64,000 nucleotides of DNA from an uncultured Thiothrix sp. (GTDB lineage Bacteria > Pseudomonadota > Gammaproteobacteria > Poriferisulfidales > GCA-002705445): positions 2,520 to 66,519 of the forward strand of contig CACEJE010000003.1 of NCBI GenBank assembly GCA_902559815.1, read 5' to 3'. The position numbers were made by a program, and so were the translations under genes. Shown in pieces: positions 19,311 to 29,248 of the stretch. A model generated the notes under the pieces. The model was not told the DNA's origin. It ran no database searches and saw only the letters and a program-made list of their open reading frames with translations. Positions within the stretch are counted from its first letter, which is position 1. Every line of letters starts with the position of its first letter.

Positions 19311-21306
19311 AAATATTTCAAAAAAAGATTTGGCGAATGCTATAAGAGCTTTGTCGATAGATGCTATAGATAAAGCAAATTCTGGGCATCCTGGTATGCC
19401 TCTTGGAATGGCAGATATTGCTGAAGTGTTGTGGAATGACTACTTTAACCATAACCCAAAAAATCCTAATTGGATAAATAGAGATCGTTTTATCTTGTCA
19501 AATGGTCATGGCTCTATGCTTTTATACAGCCTACTGCATTTAACTGGTTATGATCTTAGTCTTGAAGAAATCAAAAATTTTAGGCAACTTCACTCAAAAA
19601 CACCTGGACATCCAGAGTCACACCTTACTGATGGAGTTGAAACAACTACCGGTCCCTTAGGTCAAGGTTTAGCTAATGCTATCGGAATGGCTATCTCAGA
19701 AAAGACTCTTGGTTCTCAATACAATAAGAAAGAAATGAGTATAATCGATCATTTTACATATGTTTTCGCAGGAGATGGCTGCTTAATGGAAGGAATTTCA
19801 CATGAAGTTTGCTCTTTAGCAGGTACTTTAAATTTAAATAAATTGATAGTTTTTTATGATGATAATGGGATTTCAATTGATGGAGAGGTAGATGGCTGGT
19901 TTACCGACGATACTGCAAAGAGATTTGAATCATATAATTGGAATGTGATTAAAGATGTAAACGGTCATTCGCCACAAGAAATTATGAAGTCTATTGATAA
20001 TGCGAAAAACTCTAAAGAAAAACCAACTTTAATTTGCTGTAAAACAAAGATAGGCTTTGGTTCTCCAAATAACGAGGGGAAAGAAAGTTCTCACGGAGCT
20101 CCACTTGGTAAAGAAGAAACAAATTTAACAAAAGAAAATATAGGATGGAACCATGGTTCCTTTAAAATCCCCGATCAAATATATGATTCTTGGAATCATA
20201 TTCAAGAAGGGGAAAAATTGGAAAATAATTGGAACATTGCTTTTAAAAAATACAAAGAAAAGTATCCATTTGAAGCAGAAGAATTATTAAGACGTATAAA
20301 TTCGAAAATGCCCGAAAACTGGAGCGAAACTGCCTTAGCGTACATTAAGTTATGTAACGAAAAAAAAGAAAGTATCGCAACAAGAAAAGCCTCTCAAAAT
20401 GCTATTGAAGCTTACGCAAAAGTACTACCGGAATTTATAGGCGGTAGTGCAGATCTTGCTGCATCTAATTTAACAATGTGGTCAGGATCAAAAGAAATAA
20501 AAAATACACTTAATGGTAATTACATAAATTATGGTGTTAGAGAATTCGGTATGTCTGCAATAATGAACGGTATAAGTTCACATAAAGGCTTTATTCCATA
20601 TGGTGGAACATTTTTGACCTTTTCAGATTATTCAAAAAATGCAATTCGCATGAGTGCAATTATGAAATTAAAAAACATATTTATTTTTACACATGACTCC
20701 ATAGGTTTGGGAGAAGATGGCCCAACTCACCAGGCAATCGAACATATAAACGCTTTAAGAGATATGCCAAACACCACAGTAATTAGACCTTGTGATTCTC
20801 TTGAAACAGCAATTGCATGGAAATATGCTATTGAAAATAATAAAGGTCCTACTTGTTTAATTTTATCAAGGCAAACTTGTAATTTTCAAAATAGAACAAA
20901 TGAACAAATTGCTTTAATAAATAAAGGAGCATACGTCTTAAAAGATTCTAATAATTTAGATATAATATTGATAGCAACAGGAAGTGAGGTTGGAATAGCT
21001 ATGGAAGCAGCTGAAATTTTAGAATCAAAAAATATTGGTGTAAGAGTTGTCTCAATGCCTTCAACAGAAATTTTTGACCAGCAGAATAAAGAGTATCAAG
21101 AAGAAATATTACCTTCTAATATTTTAAATAGAATATCAATTGAGGCTGGATCAACATCATATTGGTACAAATACGTTGGTGTTAATGGAAAAACTATTGG
21201 TGTAAACACTTTTGGAGAATCAGCCCCTGGTGGTGAGTTATTAAAATATTTTGGCTTCACTCCAGAAAATATTGTTAAACACGCTGAAATAATGCTTAAA
21301 GATTAA
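19294..21306 (+). CDS. tkt: Transketolase
   Basis: '[17 protein letters not shown]', '[12 protein letters not shown]' and '[15 protein letters not shown]'. The TTG start overlaps the plsY stop, and there is no in-frame ATG nearby. Confidence 0.95.
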   Translation: MAKKTKNISKKDLANAIRALSIDAIDKANSGHPGMPLGMADIAEVLWNDYFNHNPKNPNWINRDRFILSNGHGSMLLYSLLHLTGYDLSLEEIKNFRQLHSKTPGHPESHLTDGVETTTGPLGQGLANAIGMAISEKTLGSQYNKKEMSIIDHFTYVFAGDGCLMEGISHEVCSLAGTLNLNKLIVFYDDNGISIDGEVDGWFTDDTAKRFESYNWNVIKDVNGHSPQEIMKSIDNAKNSKEKPTLICCKTKIGFGSPNNEGKESSHGAPLGKEETNLTKENIGWNHGSFKIPDQIYDSWNHIQEGEKLENNWNIAFKKYKEKYPFEAEELLRRINSKMPENWSETALAYIKLCNEKKESIATRKASQNAIEAYAKVLPEFIGGSADLAASNLTMWSGSKEIKNTLNGNYINYGVREFGMSAIMNGISSHKGFIPYGGTFLTFSDYSKNAIRMSAIMKLKNIFIFTHDSIGLGEDGPTHQAIEHINALRDMPNTTVIRPCDSLETAIAWKYAIENNKGPTCLILSRQTCNFQNRTNEQIALINKGAYVLKDSNNLDIILIATGSEVGIAMEAAEILESKNIGVRVVSMPSTEIFDQQNKEYQEEILPSNILNRISIEAGSTSYWYKYVGVNGKTIGVNTFGESAPGGELLKYFGFTPENIVKHAEIMLKD

Positions 21307-21324
21307 ATACTATAGGAAGAAAAA

Positions 21325-22335
21325 ATGACAATTAATATTGGAATAAATGGCTACGGAAGGATTGGTAGAAATATTCTTAGAGCTCTGTACGAGTCAGAAA
21401 AACATAAAGATCTAAAAATTGTTGCTATAAACGATGTTGGTGATAATTCAGTAAGTGCACACCTAACAAAATACGACTCCGCACATGGTAAATTTAATTT
21501 CGATGTATCAGCTGATGAAAACTATATGTATGTTAATAATGATAAAATTAATATCACATCCGAAAGAGATCCTAGCAATATAAATTGGGCTAAATATAAT
21601 GTTGATGTCGTTTATGAGTGTACAGGAAAATTTAATTCTAAAGAAGGAACTGAAATTCACTTAAAAAATGGAGCAAAAAAAGTAATTATCTCCGCACCTG
21701 GAAAAAATGTTGACGCTACCATAGTTTATGGAGTGAATGAGAAATCATTATCAAAAGATAATACAATTATTTCAAATGCATCTTGCACAACTAATTGTAT
21801 TGCGCCAATCATTAAAGTTATAAATGATAGTGTAGGAATTGAGCACGGTCTAATAACTACTATTCATTCATTTACAAATGATCAAAGACTTACAGATGCT
21901 AATCATAAGGACATAAGAAGAGCTCGAGCTGCAACAATGTCAATGATACCAACAAAAACTGGAGCTGCTAAAAATGTTGGGCTTGTCATTCCTGAATTAA
22001 ATGGAAAACTTGATGGCCTTGCTGTAAGGATCCCAACAGTAAATGTTTCTGTAGTTGATCTAGTTGTTAGAACAAATACAAATACTTCTATAGAAGAGAT
22101 AAATAAAATAATTCTAGAAGCATCTAACAATGAAATGAAAAATATTATTGAGTATAATAATATTCCACTTGTCTCAACAGATTTTAATCATAACCCAGCT
22201 TCTTCTATATATGACTCTAATCTTACAAAAGTTATGGATCATAAAATGTTAAAAGTCTATGTATGGTACGATAATGAATGGGGTTTCTCAAACAGAATGC
22301 TTGATGTCACTTTATCTTTGATGAACGCAAAATAA
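21325..22335 (+). CDS. gap: Glyceraldehyde-3-phosphate dehydrogenase
   Basis: '[10 protein letters not shown]', the active site 'SNASCTTNC', and '[11 protein letters not shown]'. Confidence 0.95.
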   Translation: MTINIGINGYGRIGRNILRALYESEKHKDLKIVAINDVGDNSVSAHLTKYDSAHGKFNFDVSADENYMYVNNDKINITSERDPSNINWAKYNVDVVYECTGKFNSKEGTEIHLKNGAKKVIISAPGKNVDATIVYGVNEKSLSKDNTIISNASCTTNCIAPIIKVINDSVGIEHGLITTIHSFTNDQRLTDANHKDIRRARAATMSMIPTKTGAAKNVGLVIPELNGKLDGLAVRIPTVNVSVVDLVVRTNTNTSIEEINKIILEASNNEMKNIIEYNNIPLVSTDFNHNPASSIYDSNLTKVMDHKMLKVYVWYDNEWGFSNRMLDVTLSLMNAK

Positions 22336-22339
22336 AAAA

Positions 22340-23497
22340 ATGTCTTATTACGACCTAAAAGACATAGATGTTAATAATAAAAATATACTATTGCGTGAAG
22401 ACTTTAATGTTCCAGTTGAAAATAATGAGATAAAAAATGATGCCAGAATAAGAGCTGCCTTACCTACTATTAAGTACGTTCTATCAAAAGGCGGCAAAGT
22501 TGCTTTACTTTCTCATTTCGGAAGACCTAATGAAGGGGTTTTTAGCAAGGCACATAGTTTATCTATTGTTGCAAGCAGGCTCTCGGAACTTATTGGTCAA
22601 AAAGTATTTTTTGAAAAAACACCTCTTAACGAAAAATCTCCAGAATACAAAAACAAAATTACTCTTTATGAAAATACTAGATTTTTAATTGGAGAAAAAT
22701 CTGGCGACGAAGTTCTTGCAAAAAACATTGCAAAAAACTGTGATGTTTTTGTCATGGATGCATTTGGTGCATCTCATAGGAAACATTGTTCAACATATAC
22801 TGTTGCAAAGTATGCGCCAATATCCTGTGGTGGATTTTTGATGATGAATGAAATTTTAAATATTGAAAAAATATTTAAGAAACCAAAAAAGCCTGTATTA
22901 GCAATAATAGGTGGTTCTAAAATATCAACTAAATTAAATATATTAAATAAATTAATTAATAAAGTTGATTCAATAATAATTGGCGGAGGTATATCAAATA
23001 CTTTTCTTCAAAGCCAAGATTATTTCATAGGAAAATCATTATCAGAAGAAAATATGATTAATGATGCAAAAGAAATTATGCAATTAGCAAAAAAGAAAGG
23101 TGTTCAAATACCATTACCTATTGATGCTATTTGTGATAACTCTCTAAAAGTTTCAAGGAAAGATATAATAAAAATATCAGAAAACGATGTAATTAAAGAC
23201 ATTGGTGAAAAAACTTGCGCATTATATGAAAAATTTATCGAAGAAGCTGGTACAATACTATGGAATGGGCCAGTTGGTATATTTGAAGACGCTTTATTTG
23301 CAAATGGAACTAGACATATTGCTAAATCAATAAGTAAAGCAAATGCGATTACTGTTGCTGGCGGAGGAGATACAATTTCTGCAATTGAAAAATTTATAAA
23401 TATTGACGAAATTGATTATGTATCCACAGGTGGTGGTGCCTTCTTAGAGTTTATTGAGGGTAAAGAACTTCCAGGAATTAAAATTATAAAAAAATGA
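22340..23497 (+). CDS. pgk: Phosphoglycerate kinase
   Basis: 'REDFNVP', 'LLSHFGRP' and 'STGGGAFLEFIEGKELPG'. Confidence 0.95.
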   Translation: MSYYDLKDIDVNNKNILLREDFNVPVENNEIKNDARIRAALPTIKYVLSKGGKVALLSHFGRPNEGVFSKAHSLSIVASRLSELIGQKVFFEKTPLNEKSPEYKNKITLYENTRFLIGEKSGDEVLAKNIAKNCDVFVMDAFGASHRKHCSTYTVAKYAPISCGGFLMMNEILNIEKIFKKPKKPVLAIIGGSKISTKLNILNKLINKVDSIIIGGGISNTFLQSQDYFIGKSLSEENMINDAKEIMQLAKKKGVQIPLPIDAICDNSLKVSRKDIIKISENDVIKDIGEKTCALYEKFIEEAGTILWNGPVGIFEDALFANGTRHIAKSISKANAITVAGGGDTISAIEKFINIDEIDYVSTGGGAFLEFIEGKELPGIKIIKK

Positions 23498-24954
23498 CTG
23501 CAATTAACGACCATACATATAGACAAACTAAAATTATTGCAACTCTTGGGCCATCTACATCGTCCAGGAAAACAATTGAGGGTTTAATTGATGCTGGGGT
23601 CGATTTAGTAAGATTGAATTTTTCACACGGCGATAAGAATTCTCATATTGAAAGAGCAAAATTAGTTAGGCAAATAGCTGAAGAAAAACACTATCACGTT
23701 GGTATTGTTGGAGATTTACAAGGACCAAAAATTAGAATTACTAGATTCAAAGATTCAAAAGTCATTTTAAAAAATGGTTCAACTTTTACAATTGACGAAT
23801 CACATCCTGAAAACGAAGGTAATGAAGAAATAATTGGAACTACTTATAAAAACTTATCAAAAGAAGTTAATTCAGATGATTTGCTATTATTAGACGATGG
23901 AAGAATTGAGCTAAAAGTAGAAAAAATAGTTAATTCCCAAATTATCACAAAAGTTATTCACGGAGGCCTACTTTATAGCTCTAAAGGTTTAAATAGACAA
24001 GGTGGTGGTCTCTCCGCATCTGCAATAAGCGATAAAGACTTAAGTGATATTGAGGTTGCCGCAAAAATTGGTGTCGATTATCTTGCAGTTTCTTTTGCCA
24101 GAGAAGCAAAAGATATTAATCGTGCAAGAGAATTATTAAGGGATGCTGGAAATAATGGTGGGATAATAGCAAAAATTGAAAGATCTGAAGCGCTAGAAAA
24201 TATTGATGAAATTATTGATACCTCTGACGCAATTATGATAGCAAGAGGTGATTTGGGAGTAGAAATTGGTGATGCACAATTACCTGCTGTGCAAAAAAAT
24301 CTCATCAAAAAAGCAAGAAAAAAAGATAAGGTTGTAATTACTGCTACACAAATGATGGAATCAATGATCACAAATTCTATACCGACTAGAGCAGAAGTGT
24401 TTGATGTAGCAAATGCTGTAATTGATGGTACTGACGCAGTTATGTTATCAAGCGAAACAGCGATGGGAGATCATCCAGTTGAAGCAATTGAGGCAATGAG
24501 CAGAATATGTGTCGGCTCAGAAGGTCAGAGTCCAATTTCTAGCAAAGGAATTAATTATTCTATAGAAAATATTAAAGTTGATAGGGCAATAGCTATGGCT
24601 TGTATGTTAACTGCCGATAATTTAAATGCTGTTGCTATAGCAGCACTTACAGAGTCGGGGTCAACAGCATTGTGGATGTCTAGAATAAATCATAGTGTAC
24701 CAATATTTGCATTGACAACTCATACAGGTACTCTTAGGAAAGTTACTTTATATAGAGGAGTATACCCAGCAAGAATTAAAACGATAGAAACTACACACGA
24801 AACTGTTAATAAGGACGCAATTAATGTACTTACTGAACTAGGTATTGCAAAAGAAAATGATTTAGTAATAATAACAAAAGGTGATTTAGCTGGAATAGCA
24901 GGTGGTACAAATGCTATGAAGGTTGTAAAAGTTGGATATTTAGCTGAGGATTAA
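23494..24954 (+). CDS. pyk: Pyruvate kinase
   Basis: 'TKIIATLGPS', 'MIARGDLGVEI' and 'ITATQMMESM'. The start overlaps the pgk stop (ATGA). Confidence 0.93.
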   Translation: MTAINDHTYRQTKIIATLGPSTSSRKTIEGLIDAGVDLVRLNFSHGDKNSHIERAKLVRQIAEEKHYHVGIVGDLQGPKIRITRFKDSKVILKNGSTFTIDESHPENEGNEEIIGTTYKNLSKEVNSDDLLLLDDGRIELKVEKIVNSQIITKVIHGGLLYSSKGLNRQGGGLSASAISDKDLSDIEVAAKIGVDYLAVSFAREAKDINRARELLRDAGNNGGIIAKIERSEALENIDEIIDTSDAIMIARGDLGVEIGDAQLPAVQKNLIKKARKKDKVVITATQMMESMITNSIPTRAEVFDVANAVIDGTDAVMLSSETAMGDHPVEAIEAMSRICVGSEGQSPISSKGINYSIENIKVDRAIAMACMLTADNLNAVAIAALTESGSTALWMSRINHSVPIFALTTHTGTLRKVTLYRGVYPARIKTIETTHETVNKDAINVLTELGIAKENDLVIITKGDLAGIAGGTNAMKVVKVGYLAED

Positions 24955-24964
24955 TAATATTAAG

Positions 24965-25981
24965 ATGAATGTAAAAAAACTTAATGAAACGGCAAAGGAA
25001 ATGGTTGCAAACTGTAAAGGAATTTTAGCAATTGATGAAAGCCATGGAACCTGCAAAAAAAGATTTGAAAGTTTAAATATTCCTGTGAATGAAGAAAACA
25101 GACGCTCATATAGAGATATGCTTATCACTGCAGAATCCTTATCTAATTTTATTTCTGGAGCCATCTTATTTGATGAAACAATACAACAAAAGACATCAGA
25201 TAATATATCTTTTCCAGAACACATGAAAAAAATAGGTATTATTCCAGGAATTAAAGTTGATGCTGGAGCGAAGAATTTTTCTTGTCATCCAAACGAAAAA
25301 ATTACAGAAGGATTAGATGGTCTCGCTGAAAGAATGCTAAAATATAAAGAGTTAGGTGCGAGATTCGCTAAATGGAGAGCTGTAATAACAATTGATAATT
25401 CAATTCCCTCTGATGCTTGCATAATTGCAAATGCTCACGCGTTAGCTAGATACGCAAGTATTTGTCAAGAAGCTGACATTGTTCCAATTGTCGAACCTGA
25501 AGTTTTAATGGATGGGAATCATGATATTTTAAAATGTTTCGATGTTACAAATAAAACACAATCAATAGTTTTTGAAACATTAGACAAATTAGATGTAAAT
25601 TTTTCTGGAATTATTTTAAAGCCAAATATGATTACCTCTGGTTCAAATTGTGAAGACCAGGCCTCAACAGAACAAATAGCTGAATTAACAATAAAATGCT
25701 TAGCAAATAATGTTCCAAAAGATGTACCAGGAATCGCATTTCTTTCAGGAGGCCAATCTGATGAAAATGCATCTAATAACCTTAATTCAATAAATATGAT
25801 TAATAATAACCCGTGGAAAGTGACATTCTCATATGGGAGAGCTTTGCAGCTTGAAGCTATGAAAAAATGGAGTGGGAATAATAACAATAATCTAGAAGCG
25901 CAAAAAATTATTGCAAAGAGAGCTTATCTAAATAGTTTAGCTGCTTGTGGTAAGTATAGTTTAGAATTAGAAAATAGCTAA
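24965..25981 (+). CDS. fba: Fructose-bisphosphate aldolase, class I
   Basis: 'GILAIDESHGTCKKRF', 'ILKPNM' (Schiff-base Lys region) and 'LSGGQS' are class I (eukaryote-like) aldolase motifs. Confidence 0.9.
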   Translation: MNVKKLNETAKEMVANCKGILAIDESHGTCKKRFESLNIPVNEENRRSYRDMLITAESLSNFISGAILFDETIQQKTSDNISFPEHMKKIGIIPGIKVDAGAKNFSCHPNEKITEGLDGLAERMLKYKELGARFAKWRAVITIDNSIPSDACIIANAHALARYASICQEADIVPIVEPEVLMDGNHDILKCFDVTNKTQSIVFETLDKLDVNFSGIILKPNMITSGSNCEDQASTEQIAELTIKCLANNVPKDVPGIAFLSGGQSDENASNNLNSINMINNNPWKVTFSYGRALQLEAMKKWSGNNNNNLEAQKIIAKRAYLNSLAACGKYSLELENS

Positions 25982-25986
25982 TTTAC

Positions 25987-26223
25987 TTAAATTTCTATTT
26001 TTATCCAATTTTCTATTCTTAATTGATCATAGTTTAAGTTTTCTTGCATATCCCAGACAGAATATCCTGTGTTTTTATTTATTACTGCATTTACAGCATC
26101 TTCAGGCGATTCAAAAGTTAAAGTTGGCATTGAATTTACCCAAAGATCCCAGAGACCTAGGGGTTCTTTTTTGATCTCAAAGATTGCAATATCTGTTTTC
26201 AATTTATACTTAAAATTAGACAC
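25987..26223 (-). CDS. Hypothetical 78-aa protein coupled to the chorismatase gene
   Basis: This ORF fills the gap between the chorismatase-like gene and fba. Its GTG start overlaps the upstream stop by 8 nt. I recognise no family. Confidence 0.5.
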   Translation of the reverse strand: MSNFKYKLKTDIAIFEIKKEPLGLWDLWVNSMPTLTFESPEDAVNAVINKNTGYSVWDMQENLNYDQLRIENWIKIEI

Positions 26224-27154
26224 TAATCATACCCTCAATTTCTATCAATAATTCTGGTCTACATATATCGCCTTTAAGTAAAGCATAATTGTTTTCTCCA
26301 AATTTTTTGTTTAGTACATTTGAAACTAATTGAATATTATTATCACTAGTGCTTGACATATATACCCTTGCAATATTTGATAAATTTTTTTTATCGTCAA
26401 AAAAAGTATTATAATTTTCTAAAGTTTCATCAAGTTGTCGAAGAATATTTTTACTGTGCATTGACTCATAACCCTTAATACTTGCTGTGCCAGAAACCAA
26501 AATCCTATTTGTCATTGAATTATTTGGTATAAAACTAACTGCTCTTGAGAACATTGGTTTTTCTAAAAAAATGTTCATTGGATAATTATATGAACTCACT
26601 TGTCTAGTATTTTCTATAGCTTTATATTTCTCACAAACCGCTGAGAAAAAATAGATCAAAATATTTTCACCTTTTATACCTATTACAGTCGCTGCAGGGT
26701 AATTGCATTTTGTGTATATTGATTTATAAACAGATTCTCTTGCTTCACAAAGTAAGGAATAATTTGTTTTTTTATTATCATAATCATCAAGTAATTTTGG
26801 AAGATAATGCCAAATCTTTAAAACTTTCATTTTTTTTTGTTTAGAGACTTCAAAAAAGTCATTATACTGTTTAGCAATATTTATTTTTATTTCTTCATAC
26901 GACCCTATTTTTTTAATTACTGAAAAACCAAACATATAATTATCGCTTTGAGATATTTGAATATCATTAAATTTCTCTATATTTACTTTTTCGTTTACCT
27001 TCCATATCTCATGTAAATTTTGACTATTTAGAGATAATAAACCTGTATTTATAATATTATTATTATAGTTAACCTCATCTTGAAAAGAAATTATAGACAA
27101 AATATTACTTTTATCTTCAGGAATACTATTTGACAAAAAAACGTTTATTGACAC
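26216..27154 (-). CDS. FkbO/Hyg5/XanB2-family chorismatase (chorismate to hydroxybenzoate)
   Basis: C-terminal RidA-like signature 'LVSGTASIKGYESMH...LRQLDETLEN...ARVYM...KGDICRPELLIEIEG', which is characteristic of the FkbO/Hyg5 chorismate-transforming family. Confidence 0.7.
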   Translation of the reverse strand: MSINVFLSNSIPEDKSNILSIISFQDEVNYNNNIINTGLLSLNSQNLHEIWKVNEKVNIEKFNDIQISQSDNYMFGFSVIKKIGSYEEIKINIAKQYNDFFEVSKQKKMKVLKIWHYLPKLLDDYDNKKTNYSLLCEARESVYKSIYTKCNYPAATVIGIKGENILIYFFSAVCEKYKAIENTRQVSSYNYPMNIFLEKPMFSRAVSFIPNNSMTNRILVSGTASIKGYESMHSKNILRQLDETLENYNTFFDDKKNLSNIARVYMSSTSDNNIQLVSNVLNKKFGENNYALLKGDICRPELLIEIEGMISV

Positions 27155-27290
27155 AAATGATCTCTTTCTATAATTTACAGGTAATATTTAGATATATTAA
27201 TTTCACATTTTTTAAATATAAAATTTAATCTACATTATAAATTAAAAAAAGTTATAATAGTAAAAATTTATTAACTGGGAGTTGCGTGTC

Positions 27291-27599
27291 ATGAAGATTA
27301 AAGTTATTTTTTCATTAATGGTATTTTTATTGGTTTCTGGCTGTTCAACTGTAGGCGAGGTATATGACTGGGCTTTTGATAAGGACGATAAAGTAGAAAC
27401 TGTTATTACTGATGAGAATAAATCTCAATTTGAATATGTTACTGTAAATATCAAAGATAAAATTGCTGTTAAAGTTGCTGACCCATTAGGTCCACGAGCG
27501 ACTGGAGTTGGATGCGCTATGTGGAAAAGTAAAAATGGAGAAAGCGGGAGATGTGCTTGGAATGCAAAAGGACAATGTTTTTGTCCAGCACCTGAGTAG
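27291..27599 (+). CDS. Hypothetical lipoprotein with Cys-rich C-terminus
   Basis: Signal peptide plus lipobox 'LLVSGC'. The C-terminal region reads 'GVGCAMWKSKNGESGRCAWNAKGQCFCPAPE'. The ATG at 27291 is preceded by GGGAG. Confidence 0.6.
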   Translation: MKIKVIFSLMVFLLVSGCSTVGEVYDWAFDKDDKVETVITDENKSQFEYVTVNIKDKIAVKVADPLGPRATGVGCAMWKSKNGESGRCAWNAKGQCFCPAPE

Positions 27600-27617
27600 G
27601 TATGAATAGATATTTAT

Positions 27618-27773
27618 TTACTTAATTTTTGATTCTTTATAAATTACGTGCTTCCTAATTACTGGATCAAATTTTTTAATTTCAATTTTATCAGGGGTAT
27701 TCTTTTTATTTTTGGTTGTTGTGTAGTAATGCCCTGTTTTAGCAGAAGAAACTAATTTTATTTTCTCTCTCAT
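27618..27773 (-). CDS. rpmG: 50S ribosomal protein L33
   Basis: Translated by hand because it is absent from the ORF track (51 aa): [51 protein letters not shown]. Its ATG overlaps the rpmB TGA (ATGA). Confidence 0.9.
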   Translation of the reverse strand: MREKIKLVSSAKTGHYYTTTKNKKNTPDKIEIKKFDPVIRKHVIYKESKIK

Positions 27774-27994
27774 ATTCTTTTAATATCCTTCAAAACGGCC
27801 TCAATGCCCTTTTTTTCAATAATTCGTAGACCTTTTCTGGAAACTCTCAATGATATCCAACGACTTTGAGCTTCTAACCAAAATCTATGTATTTGTAGAT
27901 TTGGCAAAAAACGCCTTCTAGTTCTGTTTTTAGCGTGGGAAACGTTGTTTCCTGACATAGGCTTTTTACCAGTTACTTCACATATTCTTGACAT
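27770..27994 (-). CDS. rpmB: 50S ribosomal protein L28
   Basis: '[34 protein letters not shown]'. The ATG at 27994 is preferred over the upstream Met at 28006. Confidence 0.93.
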   Translation of the reverse strand: MSRICEVTGKKPMSGNNVSHAKNRTRRRFLPNLQIHRFWLEAQSRWISLRVSRKGLRIIEKKGIEAVLKDIKRI

Positions 27995-28090
27995 GTTTAC
28001 ATCCAAAAGTTAAATCGAAGGAAAAAAGATAGCAAAAATTAAGCATCTATACAACATAAAATTCAATAATACTCTATAATTGCCAATATT

Positions 28091-28444
28091 ATGGACAAAA
28101 TATTCTTAAAAGATTTAAAGATAAAAACAAGGATTGGTATATTTGACTGGGAAAAACAAATAGACCAAATTATTAATATTAATATAGAAGTTGGAACAGA
28201 TATCAAAAAAGCTGCTAAAACAGAAGACGTTAAATATTCGTTAGACTACAAAGCCCTATCAAATAAAGTAAAGGAATATGTTGCAAATAATCATCACGAT
28301 CTAATAGAAACCCTAATCGAAAACATAGCCGAAATGATTCTACTAGAATTTAAAGTCGAATATGTAACCATATCAATTAGTAAACCAGGCGCAATAAGAG
28401 ATTCACAAGATGTTGGTATCATTATTACTAGAAATAAAACTTAA
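28091..28444 (+). CDS. folB: Dihydroneopterin aldolase
   Basis: 'IGIFDWEKQIDQ', 'DVKYSLDYKAL' and 'ISKPGAIRDSQDVGIIITR' align with E. coli FolB along the whole length. Confidence 0.85.
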   Translation: MDKIFLKDLKIKTRIGIFDWEKQIDQIININIEVGTDIKKAAKTEDVKYSLDYKALSNKVKEYVANNHHDLIETLIENIAEMILLEFKVEYVTISISKPGAIRDSQDVGIIITRNKT

Positions 28445-29193
28445 TTTCCTAAACTTCTGCCACCATCAACCTTAATAATTTGACCTGTTATATAATTTGC
28501 ATTGTTTATTAAAAAAATACAAGAATCTGCAATATCATCCGTTTCCCCTTGTCTTTTAAGTAAAGTACTATTAATTATCGCTTGATGTTCTTTCTCATAC
28601 TCTTTAATTTCAGGCCATAATATAGATCCCGGAGAAATTCCGTTTACTCTTATTTCTGGACCAAACTCAACTGCAAGGGATTTAGTCAACATCTTTAAAC
28701 CTGCTTTAGCAACAGTGTAAATAGAAAATCCCTCTAGCGGCTTATCAGCGTGAATATCAATAATATTTATTATACTTCCATTATTCTTTTTTAATTCACC
28801 ATAAAAAAGCTTAGAAAGAAAAAATGGAGATTTTAAATTAACGTCATGTAAGTCATTCCATTCATCTAGTGTAGCATTAGGTATTTCAGTAGGATAAAAA
28901 GTTGAAGCATTGTTAATAAGTACATCAATATTTGACCATTTTTCTCCTAATTTTGTTTTAATATCAACATAGTTCTCAAAGTCTCTTAAGTCATATTTCA
29001 ATGATATTGCTGATTTTTTTCTTTTGTTATTCATTTCTAGAACAAGATCATCAGCATCTTTTGAAGAATTGTTGCAGTGAACTATAATATCCATGTCATA
29101 AGAATGTAGTTTTAAAGCAGTAGCATTTCCTAATCTTCTAGCTGCTCCTGTAATAAATACAATTTTTCTTACTTTTTCATTATTTTGATTCAT
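28441..29193 (-). CDS. folM: SDR-family oxidoreductase, pteridine reductase / FolM-like
   Basis: 'VFITGAARRLG' (the TGxxxRxG variant typical of pteridine reductases) and an SDR core with a YxxxK region, 'YTVAKAGL'. It is convergent with folB. Confidence 0.65.
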   Translation of the reverse strand: MNQNNEKVRKIVFITGAARRLGNATALKLHSYDMDIIVHCNNSSKDADDLVLEMNNKRKKSAISLKYDLRDFENYVDIKTKLGEKWSNIDVLINNASTFYPTEIPNATLDEWNDLHDVNLKSPFFLSKLFYGELKKNNGSIINIIDIHADKPLEGFSIYTVAKAGLKMLTKSLAVEFGPEIRVNGISPGSILWPEIKEYEKEHQAIINSTLLKRQGETDDIADSCIFLINNANYITGQIIKVDGGRSLGN

Positions 29194-29248
29194 AAAATCA
29201 TTATACTAGATAATTAATATATGTTGAGACTATAAAATAGGATACTAC

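Noticed and set aside
24965-25981. Class I (eukaryote-type) fructose-bisphosphate aldolase at the end of a tkt-gap-pgk-pyk block, considered as a possible anomaly.
   Set aside because: The same tkt/gap/pgk/pyk/class I fba arrangement is known in other gammaproteobacteria, for example Xanthomonas-type genomes. It is ordinary core metabolism.
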